DNA of 45,348 nucleotides from Octopus bimaculoides. Taxonomy: Eukaryota. Below the pieces are notes generated by a model, which worked only from the letters and a program-made list of their open reading frames with translations, was not told the DNA's origin and did no database searches. The translations under genes and the position numbers were made by a program. The stretch is taken from the NCBI RefSeq assembly GCF_001194135.2, contig NC_069000.1, positions 47,819,958 through 47,865,305 on the forward strand, read 5' to 3'. Below, piece after piece: positions 24,640 through 36,560 of this stretch. Position 1 is the stretch's first letter. Each line of letters opens with the position of its first letter.

Positions 24640-26130
24640 CTGAGTAAATATGGTGAATATCAGGAGACGATTGGAACTAGTCCCAATGCCCTCACAAGAT
24701 ATAGGAAAGGAGTTTGGGCAAGATAAATGCTCATACATGACAGTGAAGTGAGGAAAGATTGTCGACCAGTCATCAGAAAACATGAATATCAAGGGCTTGT
24801 GTATCTCCCTGATTTCTAATGATGAAAGCTACAAATAACTCAGAATCGATGAGGATGCTGCATATATTGGTGCTATGACTAAAGCCAGAAATAACAAAGT
24901 GCTTTTGTAGACTCTGGAAAATATCAGAGCTGGCTGCATTTAACAAAACCATATCTCAAAAATTGCTTTTGCAGTGCCAATGCTTGTAACAAGATTTGGG
25001 ATATTGGACTGGACACTTGTTGAGAACAGCAGCCTGCACATCAAAGCTAGAAAGGTACTGACTACCACTGGCGACTTCCACAGCAACAGTGACACCGATA
25101 GTATTTATGTGAGACAAAGTGATAGCAGTAGAGGCATAAGAGCAGTCTGAAAGGCCTTTGAATGTTGCATTGTATCCCTCAGACAACGCCTGTTGAACAA
25201 GGAAGAAGAAGCAAGTGAGTATATTCCATGCATACTCAAAAGTGAGATTAACAACAGGTTTGGAGGAGAACTCCTGAGCAGGTACTCTGAGAATACAACT
25301 GTCTCGTGTGACCCAAAGGAGGCTGGACTGGCCTACTTAAACAGAAGCTTGGGGGAGAAGCATGCATCATAACAGCAAAAAGCAATGCATGGGTACATGT
25401 TCTGTGAGAGGGCAACAGCAGCATTGACAGGAAGAGTAGCCGCTCCTGGACCTGTGATAGAGACATTACATACCACTTAGAAGGATATGCCTTCACTATA
25501 CAGGAACAGGAAATAACTACTAAATACCTGATAAATAAGAGGGACAGGGATACCACCACGCCTCCATGTTGTGATGAAAAATGTTGGCCCTGTTATACTA
25601 ATATGGAAGATATCCCTCACATTATCAGCAGCTGCCCTGAAATGTCTACAAGATACTACCTGTCCCTGACACTATCTGCCGGAAGGGCTGTTCAGAGGTA
25701 TAACATCAAAGGCATGTTAGAACCAACAGCTATTCCACACCTTTAAAAACAAGGAATACTGGTGGAACACCCTGATAAAAACATTAATTCGGTGCAAACA
25801 TAACAGACCTGATATTGTTTTGTGGGAACAAAAGTTCTGCAAGTGTTGTAGAGGTCAGCAGGTGTGAATGTAGAATCCAAAGTCCAGGGAAAAAAAGAGA
25901 ACGTTTATGGCAAATGAATGCAGAACTTACAGCTCTTCTAGCCTGACTATCAATTCTTATGTGTACTGATCATCATAGGTGCCCTGCATTATGTAGTAAG
26001 AAATTTGCATGAAAACCTAGAGATACTCATTTCTATGGAGATCAAAAGAAACTGACGTGGATTCTCCAAATCCAATCTCTGAGTGGCACAATGAAGGTTT
26101 GTAGGACATTCCCCAAATTCTCCATCTGAG
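24640..26130 (+). mobile_element. R4/Dong-like RLE-type non-LTR retrotransposon 3' relic
   Basis: Degraded RT C-terminus (QDIG.EFGQDKC, ESYK.L.IDE, AFNK, FGILDWT), GLGLLKQ, a Cys/His knuckle (EDIPHIISSCP...RYYL), RPDIV endonuclease motif (YWWNTLIKT...CKHNRPDIVLWE), IIIGAL and LQIQSLSGTMKVCRTF. Confidence 0.85.
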
Positions 26131-26474
26131 ATTGTCATGCATTAACAGTTCAACCAACACACCAACTCAACCCTATATTTAAAAACACTGGGAACTCTTT
26201 TGATTTAAAAAGTTTTGTTGCTTTGTTTAGTGGCTGGTTTGAACTCTCTCAAGAACTTAAAACTCAAAGAAAAATGACACACACACACACACTGAGAAGT
26301 CAACAAAAGATAAGATAAATGTGTGTGTGTTGGGGGCAGGGATTACAAATGAAAGCAAAATGTGGGGTTACTCAGTACATTTAGTTGAGTTAATTTATTT
26401 GAAAATGGTCAATGCTGGTACTCAGAGTTTGTGGTATGTAAAATAATTCAGGAGACAGAAACTTGGACTGTAGG

Positions 26475-26750
26475 TATGTACTTATTCTATTGGTGTCGTT
26501 TGCTGAACCTCTAAGTTACAGGGATGTAGACACACCAACATCGATTGTCAAGCGATGGTGGGGGGACAAACACAGACACACAAACACCCACACACACATA
26601 TATATGATGGGCTTCTTTCAGTTTCTGTCTACCAAATTCACTCACAAGGCCATAGTAGAAGATACTTGCCCAAGGTGCCACGCAGTAGGGCTGAACCCAG
26701 AACCATGTGGTTGGAAGCACGCTTCTTACCACACACCCACTCCTGCGCCT
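26475..26750 (-). mobile_element. tRNA-derived SINE, family B copy
   Basis: The reverse strand reads aggcgcaggagtgggtgtgtggtaagaagc...gggttcagccctactgcgtggcaccttgggcaagt...gtagacagaaactgaaagaagcc, with an internal (TG)n and a conserved tail. Confidence 0.85.
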
Positions 26751-26763
26751 GTATGTATATATA

Positions 26764-27674
26764 NNNNNNNNNNNNNNNNNNNNNNNNNNNNNNNNNNNNN
26801 NNNNNNNNNNNNNNNNNNNNNNNNNNNNNNNNNNNNNNNNNNNNNNNNNNNNNNNNNNNNNNNNNNNNNNNNNNNNNNNNNNNNNNNNNNNNNNNNNNNN
26901 NNNNNNNNNNNNNNNNNNNNNNNNNNNNNNNNNNNNNNNNNNNNNNNNNNNNNNNNNNNNNNNNNNNNNNNNNNNNNNNNNNNNNNNNNNNNNNNNNNNN
27001 NNNNNNNNNNNNNNNNNNNNNNNNNNNNNNNNNNNNNNNNNNNNNNNNNNNNNNNNNNNNNNNNNNNNNNNNNNNNNNNNNNNNNNNNNNNNNNNNNNNN
27101 NNNNNNNNNNNNNNNNNNNNNNNNNNNNNNNNNNNNNNNNNNNNNNNNNNNNNNNNNNNNNNNNNNNNNNNNNNNNNNNNNNNNNNNNNNNNNNNNNNNN
27201 NNNNNNNNNNNNNNNNNNNNNNNNNNNNNNNNNNNNNNNNNNNNNNNNNNNNNNNNNNNNNNNNNNNNNNNNNNNNNNNNNNNNNNNNNNNNNNNNNNNN
27301 NNNNNNNNNNNNNNNNNNNNNNNNNNNNNNNNNNNNNNNNNNNNNNNNNNNNNNNNNNNNNNNNNNNNNNNNNNNNNNNNNNNNNNNNNNNNNNNNNNNN
27401 NNNNNNNNNNNNNNNNNNNNNNNNNNNNNNNNNNNNNNNNNNNNNNNNNNNNNNNNNNNNNNNNNNNNNNNNNNNNNNNNNNNNNNNNNNNNNNNNNNNN
27501 NNNNNNNNNNNNNNNNNNNNNNNNNNNNNNNNNNNNNNNNNNNNNNNNNNNNNNNNNNNNNNNNNNNNNNNNNNNNNNNNNNNNNNNNNNNNNNNNNNNN
27601 NNNNNNNNNNNNNNNNNNNNNNNNNNNNNNNNNNNNNNNNNNNNNNNNNNNNNNNNNNNNNNNNNNNNNNNNNN
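26764..27674. other. Assembly gap, the largest of 10 (others: 3515-3607, 5452-5719, 8803-9420, 12833-13008, 29515-30280, 32016-32025, 32314-32422, 34170-34441, 43064-43187)
   Basis: Runs of N, mostly flanked by microsatellites or homopolymers. Confidence 0.99.
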
Positions 27675-27759
27675 TACCACATAGCCACGCCCGAACTCCC
27701 CCATCTCTCTCTCTCTCTATATATATATACTTCAGTTATGGTTCTCCCAGTTATTTTTG

Positions 27760-27795
<36 letters not shown>

Positions 27796-28530
27796 ACATG
27801 TGTTTAGAGATAGATACACTGGAATATTTTCCGTGTGTGTGTGTGGAGGAGGGTGAATGTGTGTATATATGTTGAAAGCTGAGAGGATGGGTGTTAAAAG
27901 TTACGAATGTGTTATGTGTAACACGCATGAAATTTAAAGAGGGAGAGAGAGAGAGTATATTACGCATGTGAGTGTGTTAGTGTGACAGTGTGTGTGTGCG
28001 TGACAACCTGAGAAGCTAGCAGTGAACTAATTCTTTTCAGCAAAGCGTTGTCCAACACACAGCAGCCTCTGCTATAAGTACACACAAACTAGTCCACAAT
28101 AAAAGTACAAAGTCAGAGTGAGGGAGCGGCGGCGTGGAGGTTAGGTGTGCAGTAGTAGTAGTAGTATTTGTAATAGTAGTAGTGAGAGGACACGCGCCAT
28201 AGAAGAAAACGACTGGCTTCTCCTCTATCCACACCCTCCTCCCACTCTCTCATATCTTATACACTTTACCGTTAATCCTCCTCTTCCTCTCTTAATTTCT
28301 CACCTCCTCCCTAAGTCTTCTTTTACTTTCTTCCTCATATCATCTCCGCCCCCTTCCTTACTTTTTGTCTCTCTCTCATTTCCTTCCTTCCCACCTCTCT
28401 CACCCTGCTACTCATCTTCCCCCTCCCCATCTCATAATTAACATTACACAGCTAATGTATTTATATTACACATAAAAGTACACGAAGCCCCTTTGTCAGT
28501 GGAGAAGGAAACAAACTCCTCAAGTCTTAC

Positions 28531-28900
28531 TTGAAAAGCAGCTTTTTTTTATTTTTTTATCAAAGTCATCCGTTCAAGGACGCCGCGCACAGACGAAACA
28601 AGACTTTTTTTAATACATGTTAACAGGGTCTATCGTATATATATATGTGACACACACGATTGCTCCATCTTCGCAGATGATTGCCCTCTCCTTGTGCTTC
28701 CTCGTTGTCAATGGTATTTCCGACTTTCCGTCCATGACTTCTCAGCTGACAGTTCAGTCCCGCCGCAAAGCTACATGCTTTGAAGCATAGGTGACTAATT
28801 CGTAATCGTCACTCATGCAACGCCATAGGACTGTTCAGTAAAGGGAATGACACACGATCAGCTTACGTCACTGGATTAAGAGGGATAAACATTTGTACAA
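28531..28900. promoter_or_regulatory. CpG-enriched promoter or first-exon-like region
   Basis: Locally CpG-rich (GGACGCCGCGCAC, CCCGCCGC). CRE/ATF-like TTACGTCA at 28863-28870. Minus-strand donor CAA|GTAAGA at 28530. Confidence 0.33.
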
Positions 28901-29223
28901 GACTCTCCGACTCTCTGTGTTTAGTCCCTAATGATCGACCAAAACGAGATGACCGGTGATCGCATGAAACAGCAGTTTTTACATCAGTGTCCCCCTCCTA
29001 GAAGGATGCTGTGACAATTGCTAGGGTCCCTCACTTACTGAATGCCCTGACACCAAGGGTATTTCTGCATCTCTGCGCTCAGATGGATTGTCATCACAGA
29101 TGCCAGTTAACCCATGACTGGGGCCCCAGATAGGTGTTGCTATTCCAGGTCAGAGTAGACCTGAGAACATTGGTGGGAAAGAGGTGACTCTATACTCTTC
29201 AAACCCTAGAAATCTTGAACCAA

Positions 29224-29382
29224 GAAATCTTGAGTGTTCAATATAAAGGATTAAATATATAAAGGCGAATACGTATTTTCTATACCTTGTGGTATTTCAT
29301 CATGGCCGGTATGACAGACTGTAACAGACTGTAATATTCGCCTTTATATATTTAATCCTTTATATTGAACACTCAATATTTC
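29224..29382. repeat. Perfect 42-bp inverted repeat (hairpin element)
   Basis: 29230-29271 ttgagtgttcaatataaaggattaaatatataaaggcgaata is the exact reverse complement of 29335-29376. It extends to about 48 bp with one mismatch. Spacer is 63 bp. Confidence 0.8.
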
Positions 29383-30339
29383 ATATATTCAATAAGACAT
29401 ATTCCATATATTCAATAAGACATTCAATACTTCATTTCATTGTACCATCCATTTTTATATTATATATTATATATTCCATATCCCACATTAATTTTACACG
29501 AATATAAATAAAACNNNNNNNNNNNNNNNNNNNNNNNNNNNNNNNNNNNNNNNNNNNNNNNNNNNNNNNNNNNNNNNNNNNNNNNNNNNNNNNNNNNNNN
29601 NNNNNNNNNNNNNNNNNNNNNNNNNNNNNNNNNNNNNNNNNNNNNNNNNNNNNNNNNNNNNNNNNNNNNNNNNNNNNNNNNNNNNNNNNNNNNNNNNNNN
29701 NNNNNNNNNNNNNNNNNNNNNNNNNNNNNNNNNNNNNNNNNNNNNNNNNNNNNNNNNNNNNNNNNNNNNNNNNNNNNNNNNNNNNNNNNNNNNNNNNNNN
29801 NNNNNNNNNNNNNNNNNNNNNNNNNNNNNNNNNNNNNNNNNNNNNNNNNNNNNNNNNNNNNNNNNNNNNNNNNNNNNNNNNNNNNNNNNNNNNNNNNNNN
29901 NNNNNNNNNNNNNNNNNNNNNNNNNNNNNNNNNNNNNNNNNNNNNNNNNNNNNNNNNNNNNNNNNNNNNNNNNNNNNNNNNNNNNNNNNNNNNNNNNNNN
30001 NNNNNNNNNNNNNNNNNNNNNNNNNNNNNNNNNNNNNNNNNNNNNNNNNNNNNNNNNNNNNNNNNNNNNNNNNNNNNNNNNNNNNNNNNNNNNNNNNNNN
30101 NNNNNNNNNNNNNNNNNNNNNNNNNNNNNNNNNNNNNNNNNNNNNNNNNNNNNNNNNNNNNNNNNNNNNNNNNNNNNNNNNNNNNNNNNNNNNNNNNNNN
30201 NNNNNNNNNNNNNNNNNNNNNNNNNNNNNNNNNNNNNNNNNNNNNNNNNNNNNNNNNNNNNNNNNNNNNNNNNNNNNNNNTATATATATATATATGCATC
30301 TCATTTTAACAAGTATGTTTACCAAAATTACATAAAAAT

Positions 30340-30890
30340 ATCTTGAAATAAAATTCAATAAAATGGCCATTGGCTTCAACCTCTAGACGGTTTTGGAATC
30401 TCCTGCAACTCTTCTGGACGGTCTCCTTGTTTAAGTTGGTGAATGCTGCCATAATCCTTGCCTTCAGTTCATCTTTACTGTTACAAGGAGTTTCATTGGT
30501 CTCTTGCTCAACTGCACCCCACACAATAATAATCAAGGGGGTTGCAGTCTAGGGAGTTAGGTGACCAGATGTTAGGGGTGATGTGGTTGCAAAAATTGTC
30601 TGACAGCCATGACTGGATTCTCCTGCTTGTGTAGCATGGTGAAGAGTCCTGTTGCCAGACATAGGGTCTTCCAGCAACAACTCTATTAACCCAGGGCAGC
30701 ACTACCTCCTCCAGGCACTTGATGTAGGCCTCCGTGTTGAGCCTGAGGCTGTGTAGGAAGATGAATGGAGGCATTATGTTGCCATCACTAGTGATCACTC
30801 CAAACACCATGATGTTGACTGAATGTTTGGTTTTTATCACTCTCGGTACATGTTTTGGGGACACGGTAAGTCAATGATTGTTCTGTGATT
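30340..30890 (-). mobile_element. maT/Bmmar1-like transposase 3' fragment
   Basis: KTKHSVNIMVFGVITSDGNIMPPFIF, YVWQQDSSPCYTS, WSPNSLDCNPLDYY, and VWGAVEQETN...ANGHFIE across a frameshift. Confidence 0.85.
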
Positions 30891-31946
30891 GATCTTTCAG
30901 GATCGGTTTGATTTTTGAACTCCTTTTTTTGCAGGAAGCCATCAAGGTGCTTGAAAAAATGGTAATCGGTAGGAGAAAGGTTTGGGGAATAAGTCAGGTG
31001 GAGAAGAACTTCTTAGTCAAGTTCCCTCAACTTCTGGGGCGTCATTAGTGAAACGTGTGGTTGAGCATTGTCATGAAAAATGATTGGCCCTCTTTTGTTG
31101 ACCAGTCTGGGATGGTGGAGTAGCAGGTTTTCGTTCATTTTGGCAATATGTTTCTGCAGTAATGGTTCTTCTGGGTTTTAAAAAAGTTATAATGAATGAG
31201 TCCACCACCAACCAGTCACCATAACCTTCTTTTGAAGAGCTCCAGTTTAGGGAAGGCTTTTGGTGCTACATTTTGGCCCAACCACTGCAAAGAACGTCTT
31301 TTATTATGGTACAGAATCCACTTTTCAATGCAAGTACGGTCTAGAAAACGCTCGGTCTGGTTACGGAGATGAAGTGACGATCAGATTTCATATCTGCACA
31401 ATTTCTGATATTCATTCAAATTGTGTGGTACCCATTTGTTGAGCATTTTTGATTTTCCGATCGCATGCAAATGGTTGCAGGAATTTTCTGGCTAACTTGA
31501 AGTTCTTTTGCCAGTTCTCAAGTGGTTTTATGTACATCTTTCTCAATGATGGTCTTTAATTGACTGTCATCGATGACAGATGGGCGTCCACTCAGGTCTC
31601 CACTGAAAAATCACTTGAACCATTTTCAAGCTGATCACTCACTGGTCATTTCCTCACCAAACGTTTCATTGATATCGCAAACAATTTCAGCTGCCTTACA
31701 TACATTTTCGAAGTTGAATAGCAAAATTGCTTGAATATCGCGCTTTGACAGTTTCAATTTAGATGATTGTAACAACGGTGAAAAAAAGAACATCAATGTT
31801 ACTTTATTGATGCATTTGGATAAGCCTATATCTGTATCATCAGACAGTTGCAAATAAATGTTTAAAAGAAATTCAAAACTCTGCAAAAATCCGATACAAA
31901 TTCTTCATAGTTCTAAATGTTGCTTATTTTTTACTCAGCCTGGTAT
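30890..31946 (-). mobile_element. mariner (DD34D-type) transposase relic
   Basis: LSKRDIQAILLFNF, KWVPHNL, EKWILYHN, FHDNAQPHVS and YSPNLSPTDYHFFKHLDGFL, with stops and frameshifts. TIR-like end ttatttttactcagcctggTA at about 31925-31946. Confidence 0.85.
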
Positions 31947-31967
31947 ATACACACACACACACACACC

Positions 31968-32015
<48 letters not shown>

Positions 32016-32025
32016 NNNNNNNNNN

Positions 32026-32300
32026 AGCTGTGTGGTAAGAAGCTTGTTTTCCAACCATATGGTTCCTGGTTCAGTCCCACCCACTGTGTAGCACCTCGGG
32101 CAAGTGTCTTCTACTGTAGCCTTGTGAGTGGATCTGGTAGACAGAAACTGAAAAAAACCTATCATATATGTGTGTGTCTGTGTTTGCCTGCCATCACTGT
32201 TTATCAATTGGTTTTGGTGTGTTTACCTTCCCAGAGTAAGGACTAGTCTTAAAACATGAGTCCTAGAGTTGAGTTGTTTGACTAAAACCCTTCAACAAGT
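32026..32300 (+). mobile_element. SINE family B copy
   Basis: gctgtgtggtaagaagcttg...ggttcagtcccac...gggcaagtgtcttctac...gtagacagaaactga, co-linear with the 26475-26750 copy. Confidence 0.8.
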
Positions 32301-32509
32301 GAAAGAATATATANNNNNNNNNNNNNNNNNNNNNNNNNNNNNNNNNNNNNNNNNNNNNNNNNNNNNNNNNNNNNNNNNNNNNNNNNNNNNNNNNNNNNNN
32401 NNNNNNNNNNNNNNNNNNNNNNATATATATATATATATATATATATAATTGATTAAGTAAACAGAAGATGGAATTGGTATAACTCTCTATTTGATACGAA
32501 TGTTTCAAG

Positions 32510-32812
32510 CTATCCTACAACTGTCCTTTGTAGGTGGGATGCTGTGCATCATACTATGTTGCACATCAATCTTGCAGCCTGAGTCACATCTGGTACATTC
32601 ATACATAAAATTGATGCCTCACTAAAGATCTGGATTTTGGGCACCTCAGTCCCTAAATGAAACAGGCAAATAACAACATGACAGCTCAGAATCAAGATTT
32701 TTAGTGAGACACCCCTTTATATATGAATGTACCTGATGTAGCCCAGACTGCAAGACTGATGCAACATTTATAATGCACAACATCCCACCTATAAAGGACA
32801 GTTGCAGAATGG
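32510..32812. mobile_element. Foldback/MITE element with about 130-bp imperfect inverted arms
   Basis: 32510-32639 is roughly 80% identical by eye to the reverse complement of 32687-32812 (caactgtcctttgtaggtgggatg / catcccacctataaaggacagttg). Spacer is about 47 bp. Confidence 0.75.
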
Positions 32813-33284
32813 ATCAAAACAATTGTCGTACAAAATAATGAGTTATACCAATTCTATCTTCTGTTTACTTAATTGATTATTATCTCAATAACACTGTGGA
32901 ATTCCTGAAGTAGATCCAAATGAAATATATCCCAACTGCAGATGACACCAGGTGGCCCAAACTGTGCCACTTCTTTACTCAACACATCAGCACACTAATT
33001 GATGTATACTCATTAGTCCAAAATATTACATATCTACCTACCTACCTACCTACCTACCTACCTATCTAATCTATCTATCTATCTACATATGTATAATGCC
33101 TGTATAAATATATATACACATATGTATAGACACAGTGACGAGCATGTGATCACAAGGTCATGAGTCCAATTCCTGAGGCAGTTAAAGGCTCTCAAGACCA
33201 AATGCCCAACAAAACAAGGGCTCTTGTTTCATTAGGACAATGTTCCAGCACACACAAGTCCTTGGTTTCAATGCTATGTGTAAC

Positions 33285-33609
33285 TGAGGTTTCGAACTAT
33301 TTGATCACCCTAACCCTCTTCTCCTGATTTGGCCCCATCTGACAATCATCTCTTCTCCAATGTGAAAAAACACTTGGCTGGGAACCAGTCACGCAGTGGT
33401 GATAACGTCATATCTGCTGCTTATGACTTTTTTGAGCAACAGAACGAAAGCTTCTTCAATAATGGGATCGAAGCACTGCAACACCAATGGAATATAATCC
33501 CATAAACCACAAGGGGGTTTATGGGATTATATTGTAAAACAAACCTCATTTGGTCACATTCCATGAGAGTATCCTAGTCAGCATATTAACTTTTCAGCCA
33601 ACCCTTGTA
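33285..33609 (+). mobile_element. mariner 3' end fragment
   Basis: GFELFDHP..SPDLAPSDNHLFSNVKKHLAG...FFNNGIEALQHQW. TIR-like aacttttcagccaacccttgTA. Confidence 0.8.
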
Positions 33610-34441
33610 CAGAATGTTGGATAATGGCAAAAAGGAAAAGATAGTTAGAACAAGGTAAAGTAAAGCAAGAAAAATGACAAGAAAAAGCATCAATGTTTAA
33701 ATAAAACAATATTCATTGGAGAGAATATTTGTAGAACATCCAAAAAAGACTGAAAATTTTCCATAAAGTTTCCCTCTAAAATTGTAATACATTCAGTCTG
33801 TAGGTAGAGTAGAGTTTTGTAAAATAAAATGTGTTTGAAAACAAAATTTTGTATTTAAGTTCCTTCCTGTAGAGAAGACATCAGTTTGAATAACTTTTTT
33901 TTACATGTATATAAGCAGCAGAACCTGATGTTCTAGAATATGGTTTGACAAATTCTACTGACTACAGTATTTAAAAATTTATGGTATATCTTTCAATGTC
34001 TAGAGGTGCTGTCAAAACATGTTCCATATTGGCAGCCCTCAAGGAATGAACTAATTTTGAAATTCCATCACTAAAAACAAGTTTATTCCACCATAATCGT
34101 CCAACCCATGCTAGCATGGAAAGCGGACGTTAAACGATGATGATGATGATATATATATATATATATATANNNNNNNNNNNNNNNNNNNNNNNNNNNNNNN
34201 NNNNNNNNNNNNNNNNNNNNNNNNNNNNNNNNNNNNNNNNNNNNNNNNNNNNNNNNNNNNNNNNNNNNNNNNNNNNNNNNNNNNNNNNNNNNNNNNNNNN
34301 NNNNNNNNNNNNNNNNNNNNNNNNNNNNNNNNNNNNNNNNNNNNNNNNNNNNNNNNNNNNNNNNNNNNNNNNNNNNNNNNNNNNNNNNNNNNNNNNNNNN
34401 NNNNNNNNNNNNNNNNNNNNNNNNNNNNNNNNNNNNNNNNN

Positions 34442-34475
<34 letters not shown>

Positions 34476-36487
34476 ATACATACATACATATGTGTGTGTG
34501 TGTATTAAAGTATGTATGAATGTAGTCCATGGCTTAAGGCACAGAAATAAGGACAATCAGCCTCCAATGCAAGTGGTGGGAATTGCACTGAAATTTGCAA
34601 TCAACAGCATGGAGAAAGAATTGATAGAGACCTGTGCTGGAGAAGTGCTTCTATACTGAGAGTGCCGCAACCAAAGAGAGTTTTTAGGTTGGAATTGAGG
34701 TCAAGATAGAACAGAAGCTGTGGATGCCACAGAATGCTGATGAGCAGAGAGCCATATGAAAAGACCAGTCTGGATAGTAATGCAATGCAACTCCTCACTA
34801 CAAAAAGGTGCTTATCATGTGACCTGCTAATATTTAGATAGAACTCCCCAGAAAAAAAAAAAAACTATTTTTTCGATAAAAAAAAGAAGAAAATTTCTGG
34901 ATTATAATTTGGTTTGATACAAAACTATCAGCTCTAGAGTCACATATGTAGCTTTGCATTTACAAAAAATATATTAACTAGTCAAGGTCAAGTTCTATTT
35001 CTCCTGATACCAACAAGCTCACACACACGCACATGTATGTATGAATGTATAGAAAGGATTATAATCCAAGCTGTGTTCTCATGAAGTACATCTACACATT
35101 CACATTAATCAAATGTGTTTATACAGATGTGTTTTATTACATAGAATTTGAAATTTCTGGTGAATTCTATTTGCAGAAGAATCACACATTAAAACAAAAG
35201 ACTGAAAATTTGGTATATTTTTAATTCAATGTTAGATATGTTACAAAGGTAAACATGTAGAAAAACATGTATACAATTGTCTGTCCAGAGATCACATGCA
35301 TCTTTTTCTACACATGTACTTTTATAACTCCTATCTTGTAATGAAACATGTGTAGAATGAATTAAAAATATACCAAATTTCCCAGTCTTCTGTTTTGGTA
35401 CGTACAAATGTATGTATTTATGTAGGTGTGTATATAAGTGTGTATATGTGTATGTATAAAATGGATGTTAATCAGAATTTCTGAGTCTCAGTTGTTCAAT
35501 TAGTGTGAAAATGATTGAGTATTCCACAGATACATGAACCCTTAGCATAACTGGGAGCAAGACTTAGTGGGACTCATAAAGTAGTGAAGTCTGAAAGATT
35601 GAAAGAAGAAATTTCAGAAACTGAAACAAAACCTTGAATCGAGAGAAGTGTTAGGGAAGACAAAGAAAAAGAGTAGGAAGAATGTACAGGGGGGGGGGGG
35701 GATGGCAGGGCTGACTGTGGTCATCATTGTCATAGTTGTTGTTCTAATGTTCACTTTTCTATGTTTGCATGGGTCAATTGGAATATAGATTTTAATTGAA
35801 AAACGAGGGGAAAGCATTCAAATAGACTGTAATTCTCCATTGTAGCACTGAGATAACTCTTTGTTACTAATCTGAGCTTAGAATGATGATGCTCAGATCA
35901 CTACAGCTTTTAACAAAACCTAAATGGAGGTTGTCATTGAAACTGAAAATAGTAAAAAAGATGGTGTAAAATAGAAATAAATGAAAAATAAGAAAAATAG
36001 ACAATAAAAAAAAAAACAATGTCTGTGTGCGTGTGTGTAGAGGGAGGGAGGGAGTTTAGAATTTCCTTTGTAACCATGTGATTTTGGGTTATAACATATT
36101 GTGTGTAACCATGGAGCAAATGTCTTCTAACATAGCTTTTGGTTGACTAATATTTTGGGAGTGAAATTTGATAGATGGAAACTGGATAGAAGCTTGTAGT
36201 GTATGTGTGTATGAATGTATGCACCTCTCTCTATCTATACATTATCGTTTTTCAATGCATGTATGGGTTAAAAGGAATTCCTTGAAGCAAATTCTATGGG
36301 GCCAGATGCCTTTCCTGTGAGCAACCCTTTCTTGATACTAAGCAACACAATACCTCTCCATGCCTGGACAAGTTTTCATGGGACTTTGAAAATGAACAAC
36401 ACTACATATAGGAGACACTGATACTTATTTGCAACTCTCAGGTGAGGTCAAAACAAAGACGAACCAGCACACACACACACACACACT

Positions 36488-36560
36488 GGCACAAGTGTAG
36501 TTGTGTGGTAAGAGGTTTGCTACCCAACCCACATGTTTATGGGTTCAATCCTACTGATCT
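36488..36560 (+). mobile_element. SINE family B head fragment
   Basis: ggcacaagtgtagttgtgtggtaagagg...gggttcaatcctactg (tRNA-like A and B boxes). Confidence 0.5.

Noticed and set aside
26463-27967. Long ORFs (325-470 aa), and similar ones at 5.4, 8.8, 12.8, 29.5, 34.1 and 43.0 kb
   Set aside because: They stay open only because they run through N gaps, and their flanks are SINE or microsatellite sequence.
34570-34810. Coding-like purine-rich stretch
   Set aside because: All frames are interrupted and no motif was recognised.
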